64,000 nt of DNA from Eledone cirrhosa (taxonomy: Eukaryota), in contig OZ024742.1 in the NCBI GenBank assembly GCA_964016885.1, forward strand, positions 45,446,001 to 45,510,000. Direction: 5' to 3'. The notes below the pieces were generated by a model that made no database searches, was not told where the DNA came from, and worked only from the letters and a program-made list of their open reading frames with translations. Made by a program: the position numbers and the translations under genes. The stretch's first letter is position 1. Each line of letters begins with the position of its first letter. Positions 15,416 through 28,140 of this stretch are shown piece by piece.

Positions 15416-15796
15416 CATATATATATATAAATATATATGCCGAACATTTACGCAATTATATCATAGACATAAACTATCGAAATATCATTCTTATGATATA
15501 TTATGACACTTCCACGCGTCAGTAATAAACAAACTATTGGATTCCTTATACAAACCATACATTTATGTAAAGGCAAATTTACCAGTTTGTATGACTGTTC
15601 ACATATCTAGTAATTCCAGTGGCGGAAATGCTTTTATGGTCTTGTCCGCGGGACGCAGTTCCAACACCGCCGCACCCAAGAGCCCACCCTCATCCCATTC
15701 TTCTATGACCCCCAGAACCCTTCATTTTCCGTTTTTAAATATCTGTAGTGTTGTTATTTGAAATATATTTGTTTATGATTTTTATTAATAAAACGT

Positions 15797-16008
15797 TTTG
15801 CTCATATATTTACTAATCCTCGTATATTTGCTCAGATATCCAGCAATCCTAGTATATATGTTCATATATTTGCTAATATTGTATTTTTGTCCACATATCC
15901 AGTAATCTTGGTATATTTGTCCACATATCCAGTAATCTTGGTATATTTGTTCATATATTTACTAATCGTAGTATATTTGTTCGTATATCCAGTAATCCTG
16001 GTATATAT
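15797..16008. repeat. Minisatellite, about 30-bp unit, about 7 copies
   Basis: Unit resembles TATATTTGTCCACATATCCAGTAATCTTGG. Confidence 0.85.
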
Positions 16009-16694
16009 GATTTATCAATCTTGGGCTCCAAAAGTTAAATAGATTAAACGTTATTGCTGTTATTACCGACGGCACTGTTCCACTAGTAATTTATAATTCT
16101 AGACCAAAACCCTTCCTATATTATCGTTAACTAAAGACACCCAATAATCAACAACTTTACATTAAAACAACAACCATTAACTGCATTTTTCGTTTTCCTT
16201 GAATGCAATTAGTAACGAAATATTTTCATTATTGGAAACTAACAAAATAATATACTTTTTGAGAATTCTGACATTTGTAAACTTATACAACATAATAATA
16301 ACGTGTATATATATAACGTATATGTATATTTATTAAATTTACACATACGAAACGAGGAGACTTCTCCGTGATTAAAACACTTAACTGTTTTTGTTTTTTT
16401 AAAGGAAAGTAAGTAAAAAAGACATGACACATTGAATAATGCAGCTCTAGGTAGATTTTTTCTGAAACAAAGTCAGACAAACACAACATAGTCACAGATG
16501 AAATGCCTCTCGAGTTGAAATCAATATATACATATATAACAACATTCACCACTTAGCCATAATAACGATCATTTCAACACTTCATCCGTACTGAATATTC
16601 ATTCTCACGTTCGTCATTATCACACGGATATATATATATATATTTAATACTGGTTAAATCCTGATTATATATATATATATCAGGATTTAACCAG

Positions 16695-16732
<38 letters not shown>

Positions 16733-17365
16733 GATTTAACCAGTAAACTAGTAAGACCATTATTCAACAGAGTACTCAATACCTGGGATAGTAAAGTGTG
16801 ACTATATTAGAAAGAGTCGGGGCCCGGCGGCTGAGCTATTGTCGTTTCGACAGCTAATTCCAGTCTTGTCGAAACGGCAAAAGCTCAGCCGTCGGGCCGG
16901 ATTCTTTCTTATATATATATATATTGGATAACAAATTATTGTTATAGGTAATCCAGTTAGAGGTTGTGAATACTCCGTATTGTGGATAGTTTTAACGTAC
17001 GGTGTTGTTTGACTCAACAAGAGGTTTCATTGATTAGGTTGTCTAAAAATTGCTAATCACTTGAAGTTGTGTCCCTCAATTTTAAATACAATGTATACCT
17101 AATCAAATCATCGGAAAAAAATTGAGTGACACAACTTCCAGTTATTAGCAATTTTTAGACAACCTAATCAATGAAACAATTGTTAATACTGTAAATAAAA
17201 CCCTTTTGTACAGTTGACCATGTTATTCTTCACTCTTTCATTGTATATATATATATATACAATAAATGTATTTACACGCAAATGTAAGGAATCAAAACAT
17301 CAAATATATTAAAATTTTATGCTTACCGAATAAATATATAGGCGTCTCACACACATACATACATA

Positions 17366-17399
<34 letters not shown>

Positions 17400-17499
17400 A
17401 AGATGTAATATACTACTCACCAAGTGAATTATATATATATTGTATTACTGTATTAACGCACTATTGTCTAACATAAACAAGAATGACGACATACTTTAG

Positions 17500-17605
17500 A
17501 AGAGTTACTTCCCCTGTTCTATCGGAAGTTACGTCAGTAACTTCATTCTTCCGGCCATTTTGTCCTTTCAGTTGAGATTCTTGTCTCTTCGATTTCCTCT
17601 TAATC
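17500..17605 (+). promoter_or_regulatory. COX5A proximal promoter / 5' UTR with ETS-, CRE- and YY1-like sites
   Basis: CGGAAGT at 17523, TTACGTCA at 17529, CTTCCGG at 17548 and GCCATTTTG at 17554, all within 90 bp of the ATG. Confidence 0.6.
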
Positions 17606-17693
17606 ATGCTTCGATCTGTTATTACTCGCCTGGCAATACCTGCCGCCCGTTATGCTTTTCAGGGAGTGAAAGTACAGTACCAGCCTTCTTTTG
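17606..17693 (+). CDS. COX5A: COX5A coding exon 1 (mitochondrial presequence)
   Basis: [29 protein letters not shown], Arg-rich with no acidic residues; phase-1 donor GTAGGT matches exon 2. Confidence 0.85.
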
Positions 17694-20600
17694 GTAGGTT
17701 ATGATTTTATCTTCGATATTAACATTAATTTATTTATAACTTTTTGTCCTTCCTCAAGTACATATATAAACCACACACATATTGTGTGTGTGGTTTTATA
17801 CATGTATTGAGGAAGGACAAAAGTTATGAGTAAAATATACAATTTAATGCGCTTTTTAATAGAGAATATTAGATGAGGTAGTCGTCCCTATTTACATGAT
17901 TTATGAAAACGTTTGTTCTCATAACTGTTAGACATTTAGAATATCATTACGGTGACCTGTTCACGTACACACATTGATACATACATATATCTATCTATAT
18001 ATAATGTATGTATATCTATATTTTTATCTATACATATATATGTGCACACACGTGAGAGAGAACCCTAATTCTAACGTGTTTATATGCAATTAATCCAGTG
18101 AAAAAAGCACATCACCGTTTCTTTATTATCAAGGATTCACCAATTTGGGTAAGCTTTGCTGTTCTCATACTTCCCGGGTTTATATAGGAAAGTACCAGTC
18201 ATGTAGGGTACTTGGTAAATTTAATATTTTTTCCAAGTATTCTAGTTGTGAATGTAATTATCATAGAAGATATTTTATTATTTGAATTTATGACATTCGT
18301 ATTTTACCTTCACAAAGTTAAATAGTGAAGATAGGAAAAATACCCTTATGACCTTCAGTTTTGATATCAGACACCAGCACTTAGTATATATACCCGCCTC
18401 TATTCTTTATGAAATGAATTTTAATCTCACACACGCACATATATATATATATTAAAATCATTTACTGTTGTACCCTTTACTAAATAACCTGGCAAACTAT
18501 ACAAGGAAAAAGTTTTTTTTAGAGAATTGGGTAAACTTTATTGTGCCTAAAGTAGAAACAATTATTACAAACGTGTTGAGACAGTTATTATTGATTCCTC
18601 GGTTCACTGTTTTGAAGGCAACATTCGTTCAAAATACAAATGAAATCGCACTGTCAAAATAATAACCGTCTCCGAGACGGTTCGTAGAAAATTGTTTCTT
18701 ATAAAAGAATTATAATTCTTATATTTTCATTTTTCTGGAATATTGATCTAGCAATTTATATTTTCAAGTGCTTTCATCAGTTTAACTACTTCTATCATGT
18801 CTCCTCTCCTTTAAAATCTTTCTTCATTAGACAGATCTATAAATTCTGGTAGTATTTTTCTTGTTTCTTCCGGATGCACTCCATAGTTTCGGGTGTAAGG
18901 TGACCCAGGCCTGTATTGCATTCTCTGAGGTCACTCATATCTTTTATATATAATGTTTTTTTTTTTTTGTATCTAGGTAGGTAAAGGAGTGTTTTATTTT
19001 TCAGCCCCCTCCCCCCCTCGAGTTTTCTTTTCCATCTTTTACGCGTGCTCCCAGCTGATATAACCTTCGAATATGCTGCAAAGCCCCCGTGGTTAGTGTG
19101 TAAAGACAACTCCGACAATTTCCCTCTTCATTTTCCGGAGAAAAAGTACTTTGCAGGATGTTCGGAGGTAAGATTAGTTAATAGCACACGAAGAAAAATA
19201 TTATTTCTTACTGAAATCGTTTGGGGTGTCTTTCTGTTATCATTGCGACCACAGTCGAACATTCCTGACAAAATCTCTCCACAACACACGATTTTCCATT
19301 GCTCTTGGCAACTGCTCCCTATTGAAGTTTGTATCGTCTGAGTTGATCAATGGAAGTTCGAGCAGTTCTTCCCCTTATTGCCTCTCCTTTGAGTTGGCTC
19401 CTGCAATAGTAGCTTGTGTATAACTTCCTGCTTACTTCTAACATTGTCCTGTCGTCGTTATTTTGGACAAGTTTCCGTATAAACTTGCATTTGTAATACG
19501 TTGACGCCAGTTTGTTTTGTACAACCCCAAGCATTTTAGTGTACACATCATCTAGTTTCTTCTGTAGTGCAACAACACTGACTCAACAGATCTGAAGAAT
19601 ATTTTGATTTTTCTTTCTATAATAATTGTTTCTACGTTTGGCACAAGGCCGGCAACTATCCTGGTGTATTACTGGTACTTTATTATCGACCCTGTAAGGA
19701 TGAAAGGCAAAGTTAACCTCGGTGGGATTTGAACTTAGATCATAAAGGGGCATAACTCTATGCTGCAAAGCATGGCGTCTGACCCTCTCCCGATACTACC
19801 AATTCACCATAATAATACCGTTTGTTTTTTCTGTATCTAGGTAGGAAAGGGAGTGTTTAATTATCCCAATCAATTTGAGTTGATTTTTTTTTTCTATAAC
19901 ATCATCAACCCACATTTAAATTTTAACTTATATATATTCCCAAAAGTTTGTACTGGGCCATTGTCAGTGATTTTCCATTCATAGTGTAATGTCACCTAAA
20001 TTTACTATCTCCACAGTGCTTAACCGTATGATTTTTCAATGTTAAAAAGCAGCATCTATTCCTTTGGTCTCTCCAATTTATTGAAATCTCCCTGTAGTAT
20101 AGCACCATTATCTGGAATGTGTATGCATCTATATATTTTTGTGCCAATAAAATTCTGCTGAATTAGAGCTGACCGAGGACCAGCTGACAACCTCCACCAA
20201 CTGCCAAAATATATGGCTGCCTTCCATTGGAAGGGTATGGTTCAGTTTCTTCTGTTTAGTGTCACTCTTTACACAAAACAAATGCCAGAAGATATAACTT
20301 ACAGTGTGTAATCAGATTTGTCTGGCTACTTAGGAATACCAAAAATATTCTTATTTAATTACTATACATACTATATGAGAAATGGGCAAAAATTCAAATC
20401 TTATGTATAAGTTGAGGCAACTAATTAACATGTTTTGTAAATTAGCACAAGTGGATAATATTTTTAGGAAGTTTTAACCATTTAGCATTTAAACTGTCCG
20501 TATCCGGCCAGAATTCTCCCACCTCTTTCTGTTCAAACCTGCTGTAACTGGCCGCTCATTTTTTATGTTAAGGTTATTGTTCTAAAAATACACATAAAAA

Positions 20601-23600
20601 TCTCGTAGATTCAATATTCATCATCATCGTTTAACGTCCATCTTCCACGCTTGCATGGATTTGGACGGTTGTCCTGCTCGTATAGGACTGTCTGGCGGGT
20701 TTTCTATGGCTGGATGCCCTTCCTAGCTCCAACCACGTTTACAGTGTGGACTGGGAGGTTTTTACCGTGTTACCTACACGGCCACATTACAGCGTGGACT
20801 GTGTGTTTTTTTGTCGTGACACCACCTACACGACCTCATTTGTTTCGGGCTGGATGTTGTGGTACCAACATAACTTCACATTGAAGGTGGTGGTGTGGAT
20901 GGGGTGGGGTAGTGGGACAGGGGTGTATTTTTGTTAGAGGTGCCTACTGACTGTAGGTTTCGCTTTGTACTTAGGCAAGGCGGGTCTTTTTATGTGAGAT
21001 AAAGTGTTTACCATGTAAATACTAAAGGGTTAACGTTTTGATACCTTAAATGTTTTTAAGTGTCATTTAGTATTTGTTTCATAACTGCATTACATAATGA
21101 TTTTTTTACCATTTTATAAAGTTTCAACAAGTCTCTCAAATTGGTCTACTTCCTTTTAACAGACGACAATAGCACTATCTTTCAAATATAATAGGTTTAT
21201 ATTTAACATACAAATCAAATCAAATGCATGCCTTTAAAAATTTGGAAACTATTTAATGACCTACAAGTTGATACTGGCGTCATGGCACCTTCATAACCTC
21301 TTTTATAAAAATAGTGATCATTCTGACAGCCACAGTATCCATGCTGAAAATGGGAAAATGATGTGCCTCCCACAAATATTTCTATTGATAACTAAGTCTC
21401 ACTAATCCTCACTACCTGGGCAATTCCTGCCAAAGATCTTATAGGACTTGTTATAGAATGGAAGATGTGCTACAGAATTGTCTACTGTGATGTGCAACAG
21501 TTAAATGATGACAATGATATATACACACATATATATATATTTATATATATGTGTGTGTTGCCTCAAGTAGGACAATTCCCGTCTAAACCCATGCTAATGT
21601 GGAAGATAGACGTTAAACAATGATGATATGTATAATAAGCGTTTCAATTAATATGTGCTTGTTGTATATGTTTATAGTTTATTTTGTCTGTAACATTCAT
21701 TTATTCTTTTTTTCCAGCTGCATTTGCTGTTCGTCACTTCAAGGCTCCTGCAGGAGAAACAGACGAGGATTTCGATAATCGTTATGAAAGCTATTTTAAA
21801 CAAACTACCCTTGATGGTTGGGAAATCAGGAAAGCTATGAATGATTTATGTGTGAGTTGAATATGTATGCATATATATTGTGGGTGTCTGTGTTAGTTGA
21901 ACACATACAATGAGAGGAAGGTGGAGATAATATATATGACATACAGGACAACTTGATGTTTCCACATGACAGCTTGCTAGGCGACAGATTTACATAACAC
22001 GTAGAGCATCAAGGACATCAGAAAAGTCAGATGCAGCGTGTAAGAGAAAATGTACTTGTGCTGGAATTGATGATAATCGTTGGGTGAAGATGTGGAAGGA
22101 AGCTGCAAAAGAGGAAGGCGTGGGCAGAAGTGGTGAAAGTCAATTTCAGGAAAAGAACATGACAAAAAAAAAAGAAATAAGTGAGTGAATAGATGTGTGT
22201 GTATGTATATATATATATATACATATACATACATCTATCCACTTATTTCTTTTTTTGTCATGTTCTTTTTATATATATATATATATCATCACCGTTTAAC
22301 GTCCATTTTCCATGCTAGCATTGGTTAAACAGGTTGTCCTATTTGCAGCAAGTCAAGGTCAGATGATTATGTCTTGCTCATACAGAACCAATTTTGGCTT
22401 GGTTTCTACAGTTGGATGCCCTTCCTAAACACCAACTACATTTACAGTGAATATTAGGTGCTTTTTGTCGTGACACCTGCACGACCATTTTACAGTGTGG
22501 GCTTTGTGCTTTTTGTTGTGAAACCTACATGGGCACCTTACAGTGTAGGCTTGGGGTTTTGGTGAGAAGGGTGTGTGGGAATTAAGGAGGTGGGTATATG
22601 GGTGTGTGAGAGGGATGGAGTGTTAGGATGTGGAGATCCCTGTGCCCATAGGAGGGGTGTGGTGGAGGTGACTACTATATGTATGCTCCAGCCTGTACTC
22701 ATGGGAAGGCAGGTCTTCTGTATTACTGCATAACGCCAGAGATCCCAGTCCTGTGTCATCACCTTTGAGTGGTGCAAGTGTGCAAGGTCAGCTTTTACCA
22801 ACTTATCCTAAGTCTTCTTACTCCATAGCTTCCATCAACTTTGAGCGCTCTGCATCTTTTTATACAGCTGTCATCCTTCATATGCATCACATGTCCATAC
22901 TGATGCAATCTCCTCTCCTGCTCACTGCATCTGATTCCTTTCATGCCTAATTTCTCTTTCAGTTCGTTTATGCTTTGCCATTCATGTATATTGCTATTAC
23001 ACATCGATCGAAGCATGCAAGCTTCACTTCTTTCCAATTTTTGTAATATATATATAGGAGAGAGAGAGGGGAGGGGGAAGAAGTGTGGTTTTAATACTCC
23101 CAGTTTCTCACAGAGAGCAATTTTTAAATAAAACAATAATTAATATATTAATTATTTCTTTTTGTTGAATAATTTTTAATTTTGTGTTACATCACAGTAA
23201 AGTCTTTTATGCCATGCTAATGTTGTGTATGCAAGAAAGCTATATAACACTAAGAGAAAACAGTTAGAAGCAATGGTTGGTATCTTATAAGAGAGACGAG
23301 TATATAAATACTGATATATAATATCCATAGTATTGAGAATTGATCAAAGCAGAAGCGAGCCAGATATTTTAAGCAATAATCATTTTATCATCCGTTTTCC
23401 TTGTTAGTAAGGGTTGAACAGGTCAGCACAGACTGTCAATACTAAGAGTAACTGCCCTCTTAAATGGGCTAGACGCTGCATCTCATTTACATACAACCGC
23501 CCAGTTTACAGAGTGCACTGGTAGGAATTTGTTGAAGTGGATTTATCTAGAACAGCTTAATTGACATAAAATGAATATGTACTTTATTTGTTAACTTGTT

Positions 23601-24055
23601 CTAAAATATGCCAATATGGAAAACCAATTTAAATAGATGATAATAATGATGATGATGACTGGGAATAATATTTATTTCAGGGCATGGATCTAGTTCCTGA
23701 ACCAAGAATTATCATTGCTGCCATGCATGCTTGCAGAAGATTAAATGAATATGCTCTTGCTGTAAGGTTTCTTGAAGCTATTAAGGTAAATAGATTTTAC
23801 TTTCAATTTGGGCCATAGTTGGCTGCTGGAACTTTCTAAAAGGATGAACAAAAAAATAAAAGTCTTACAAGATTTACCCAAGTAATTCTGACAAATTTTC
23901 TATTACAGGAGAAATGTGGTGGTCGAGTGAAGGAAATCTGGCCATATGTTATACAGGAGATCCAACCAACATTAGATGAATTAGGCATTCTCACACCTGA
24001 ACAGATGGGTTATGACAAACCAGAGCTTGCTTTGAAAAGTGTATATGACATGTAA
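17606..24055 (+). CDS. COX5A: Cytochrome c oxidase subunit 5A, mitochondrial (spliced, 157 aa)
   Basis: join(17606-17693,21718-21851,23681-23785,23909-24055); GT-AG introns with consistent phases. Peptide [63 protein letters not shown]. Confidence 0.96.
19250..19585 (-). mobile_element. Degenerate RTE-X-like LINE C-terminal fragment
   Basis: Frameshifted peptide [31 protein letters not shown]...[12 protein letters not shown]. Confidence 0.55.
19645..19812 (-). mobile_element. tRNA-derived SINE with Nin-domain-like core
   Basis: Minus strand GTTCAAATCC B box + GAGGTTAACTTTGCCTTTCATCCTTACAGGGTCGATAA..AGTACCAG. Related copies at about 24980-25200(-), 31925-32130(+), 36435-36590(+), 40950-41110(+), 63270-63430(+). 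Confidence 0.7.
20478..21029. mobile_element. piggyBac-derived MITE interrupted by an RTE-A 3' end
   Basis: TTAA|CCATTTAGCATTTA ... TAAATACTAAAGGG|TTAA; RTE-A 3' UTR on the minus strand at about 20618-20990. Confidence 0.8.
21718..21851 (+). CDS. COX5A: COX5A coding exon 2
   Basis: tttccag|..[44 protein letters not shown]|gtgagt. Confidence 0.95.
22285..23045 (-). mobile_element. Old RTE 3' fragment in COX5A intron 2
   Basis: [20 protein letters not shown]...[25 protein letters not shown] plus RTE 3' UTR. Confidence 0.8.
23681..23785 (+). CDS. COX5A: COX5A coding exon 3
   Basis: tttcag|[35 protein letters not shown]|gtaaat. Confidence 0.96.
23909..24055 (+). CDS. COX5A: COX5A coding exon 4 with stop codon
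   Basis: ttacag|[48 protein letters not shown]. Confidence 0.96.
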   Translation, partial: EKCGGRVKEIWPYVIQEIQPTLDELGILTPEQMGYDKPELALKSVYDM

Positions 24056-24716
24056 TTTTAGAAACATTGTTTAGGTATGTTTGCAAAAATTAACTTATAT
24101 CTTGAGTATTTTTTTATAGCATATTGAATGAACAATGATGCTCATCATGGTTTAACACATGTTTTTCTAGCTAGCAAGGGTTGGGCAATGTTATTTACAA
24201 AATGCAATATAAAATAAAAATAGCCACTTAACTGGGAAGTATGTATTGGGCCAGTCAGTTAACTTTTTGAGCTCCAAAAATGTATTGGTACAGCATTTAC
24301 CTGCCACCCGTGTACCAAAGGTGTTCTGTTACATTTTAGTTTAAATAGTGAAGCATAGGTTTAAACAAAATAAATTTGATTGATATATCTTTATTTTATT
24401 ACTAACAATTTCTTGGAAAATGCAAAAATTAATAAGTAATCGCACCCAGAGACAGTAAAATACCAAGAACAGTGCCAGCACTCAGTTGAGTTGTAACAGT
24501 GTGTGCATTTTCTAGGCATTAAAACACTAGCTGTAGTAAGGTTTGATCTCATAGCACCTTAACTTCAGTTGTTGTATCCTTGTGTTTACTGATTTAAAAA
24601 AAAAATATGTAAGTTTAAAAATAATAAAAAATGTGTACCTTTAAATTGTCTAAGAAATTGAGAATTCATATTAGGTGATATATTTCATAATAATGTTTCT
24701 TTTTCATCTTTTGTAG

Positions 24717-24810
24717 GTAATTAAATCTGAAAAACTAAAAAATTTTAGCATAAATAAAAATGAAAATTTAAAAAAGTGATTTATTGTTATCTCTTTGTCA
24801 ATAAACAGAA
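24717..24810 (+). other. COX5A: Probable non-coding last exon of COX5A with poly(A) signals
   Basis: Donor AG|GTATGT at 24075; polypyrimidine tract + TAG acceptor ending 24716; AATAAA at 24753 and about 24800. Confidence 0.55.
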
Positions 24811-26707
24811 ATATTTAGTGAATTCGATTTGTCTGAAGGAGTTGTAATTTTTATTTTAATTCTGATTTGGTTAAATGTTCATGAAAATAACAGTTCTGAT
24901 GTGGTAAAATTCTTATTTGTGACATTGCTATTGATGGGGTGTCCAGTGATTGAAAAATATATCCAGAACAATTCTAAATGGTTTCTGATTTAGGCACAAG
25001 GACAACAATTTTAGGGGAGGGGAAAGTCAATTAAATCGACCCCAGTGCTTTACTGGTGCTTTATTTTATTGACCCCCGTAAGGATGAAAGGCAAAGCTAA
25101 CCTCAGCAGGATTTGAATTCAGACCATAAAGGGCCATAACTCTTATGCTGTAATGCATGGTGTCCGACGCTCTGTTGATTCTGCCAATCCACCACCTTTA
25201 GAATTCTAAATGATAACGCTTTTACAGTATGGTATACAATATTGACAGCAGCTGATATATTTATAACACAGAATACAAGAAATAATTCACAAGAGAAAGG
25301 ATAAAATAATTTTTAACACAAAATCAGATTTGATTCGGCAACAACAAAGATTATTGACATGAAAATGTCCAAACAGACATTCCTTCCAATATTTTTCCAA
25401 AGACAATCAAGATCTATATATGATGTCTACAACTACTAGGACCTTTTCTCTTACATCTTTCTCACAATGATGCTCAGGTGTACCTATGACAGTACAAGTG
25501 ATAGATGTTTAATATTAGTGTGTATGAACAACACTATAGGTATTATATGTGTAATGTTAGTCTGTATAAACAGAACAGTATATGTGATAGATGTGTAATG
25601 TTGGTCTGTATGGCTGTGTATAAGAGGAATTAAATGTAGTGTGCAAGAGAGATGATTGTGTTGTTATGGTTATGTGATGCTTAAGGAGAATGAGAGTTAT
25701 ATAAAAAGGAAGACATGGGACAGAGTTGTGAAGAATGACCTCAAAAAAGAGACAACACAAGACCAAGCTTACTGGTGACATCCCATAATATGAAAGTCCT
25801 TTCTAAGAAGGAGATTTGACTGCTATTTCTAGTAAATCAATCATCAACTTCAAGGCTCCCTAGTTGTTTTGTCTCATGGTGATAAGATGTGATGTAGTGT
25901 GCTCTTCTCAATCTATAAATGTGTGGCTACAGTGACCAGAAATTCAGTCTGTGGCTAATAAGAAATATAATGTGTAGGTTCTATAAAGCAACTAAAATAA
26001 ATATATAAATCTGCTGTCAGTTCAATCCAAAATATTGAGATGTGTTTTTTATTAAATGTTTTCTCCAGAATTAAGATACAAACTCAAGCCAGGGCTCACT
26101 TGTTTCCTGTTACCTCAATTAAAACAAGGGGAATCAACCACCTTAATAATATGCCATGTGTTACATCATCATTAGTGTTTAACATCCATATTCCATGCTA
26201 GCATAGGTGGGGCTGACCTTTTGCGACAGATCAAGTCAGAGGACCGTGTTACACTCACCCAGGACTGATTTTGGCTGGCTTTTTTTTTTCAGCTGGATGC
26301 CCTTCCTAATGCCAACCACATTTACAGTGTGTGCTGGGTGCTTTTTGTCATGTCACCTACACAACCACTTTACAGTGTGGACTGGGCGCTTTTGTCTTGA
26401 CAGATACATAAACACTATACAGTGAGGACTGGGCACTTTTGTCGTAGCTCGAGGGGGAACCACTTCATGGAGGTGGGATTGGAACTACAGATGGTGGGGG
26501 GAAGAAGATGGGGAAATCAGGATGTAGGTAATAGGGGAGGGAGGGAAGATGGTAGAGGAAGGTGTTGCCTCTTAGATATATGCCCCAGCTCAAGCATATG
26601 AGAGGGCATTTCGAGCTATATATATATGCAAAAGGCAAACAAATAACAAAGCAAACATCACAGTACAATAAAGAATTATATATAAGTTTTACACTTAGGA
26701 AAAAGAG

Positions 26708-26743
26708 TCTTAACGTTTCAGACGCTAGTCTTTCATCAGAAAA
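26708..26743 (-). ncRNA. Minimal hammerhead-like motif (PLE type)
   Basis: Minus strand: tttt-CTGATGA-a-agac tagc gtct-GAAACGTT-aaga. Confidence 0.6.
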
Positions 26744-27618
26744 TAGAATGAGAAATTAAAGAAGAAATAGAAATATAGAGGAGAGTGGACAGTGGCAGAA
26801 ACGAAAAAAATTTCTTTGAGAAAAAACAGGTCTAATTAAGTCTTGGAAAACTGTTGATTCTGGTGTTGTATAAGAAAATCAGTTGGTCTTATTTTAAAAG
26901 GCAGTGATTGAATGCATCTAGCCGAAAAGGAAAATTTGTTTTGTATATTGTACATGTGTGTGTGCATATGTTATTTATTTGTACAAAGCTAAGATGATAT
27001 GTCTGTATATAAATTTAAGACTGTGTGTACGAAGTTGTGAGGATATGTGTGTGTATGTTTGTTGTTGGTTTATACAGAGCTGTGAGGGTAAATGTAGAAG
27101 TGCGTGCATGTCTATTGTTGATCTGTACAAGCTGTAAGAGGCATAGGAACCTAGGGGGTGAATGTGCGCACACATGTATGGCAGCAGATGAGGTAAGAGT
27201 GACAGTGGCTAGGGTTATAGTAATAGGTGCAAGTGTATGAGCGCAAGGTTAAAGAAATTGGGGAAATTGGACCCAGGGTGGAAAATCAAACTCTGCTCAG
27301 TACTGGTGCACAAGGCCAACAATCTATGATGTAAAAGGACACCAAGGACTGAGACATAGGGAAGAGTGGCCTGTGGAACAGAAATGACAAGTGATGCTGG
27401 GTATCCATGATGAGTCGTATGTCCTTCAAGTGTTCAGTGAAACTGTCCACTAGGTGGAAGCCTGTTTGTCTGTTGTGTATAAGCCTGCAAAGGGATCACC
27501 AGAGGGCATAGACTACGCGGGTAGATGTGCAAGTAAAGGATTGACTGATATGGAAAGATATATATATGTATGTATATATAGTCGAAACTATGCAAGCATG
27601 GAAAAGTGGACATAAAAA

Positions 27619-28140
27619 CTGGAAACTGTTCAGAGACGTGCAACCAAGCGAATATCCTCCATCAAGCATCTACCATACTCTGAACACCTTTCTTCCCTGG
27701 GCATGGATACATTGAAGCTCCGACGTCTGGCAACTGACTTGGTAAACACCCACAAAATTCTTAACCATCTTGCCAACAACAACCCTGAGCACCTTTTTGA
27801 ATTCCATGTGTCTAGCACACGTGGGCATGCCTACAAAGTCAGAAAACAGTACAGCTCCCATGAATTTCAGAAACATTTATTCACACTGAGGCATGGAACA
27901 AATTACCTAGATCAGTTGTTCGCTGCCGAGACACTGTATCCTTTAAAACCACCATGCTTCCAGAAATTCGTCAACAATACACCTGAAGTCTCCTCTTGAT
28001 ACACACATACACACATGTATATCATGACTCATACACTGTTCACTTTCCTGGCATTTGTACATTATTCTATGTACTATACATGCACCTTTGATGAATTGTA
28101 GTGCACCTGAGCACTGTACACAATTTCATTTTTGTTTTTT
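27619..28140 (+). mobile_element. CR1-like LINE 3' fragment
   Basis: Same family as 33231-34178 ([33 protein letters not shown]). Confidence 0.8.

Noticed and set aside
15797-16008. CRISPR-like array
   Set aside because: Contiguous degenerate 30-bp units without unique spacers, in a eukaryotic context with no cas genes; a minisatellite.
18966-19862. Direct repeat GTATCTAGGTAGG..GGAGTGTTT as LTRs or a TSD
   Set aside because: Only about 30 bp and imperfect, with mixed LINE and SINE fragments between; no coherent element could be defined.
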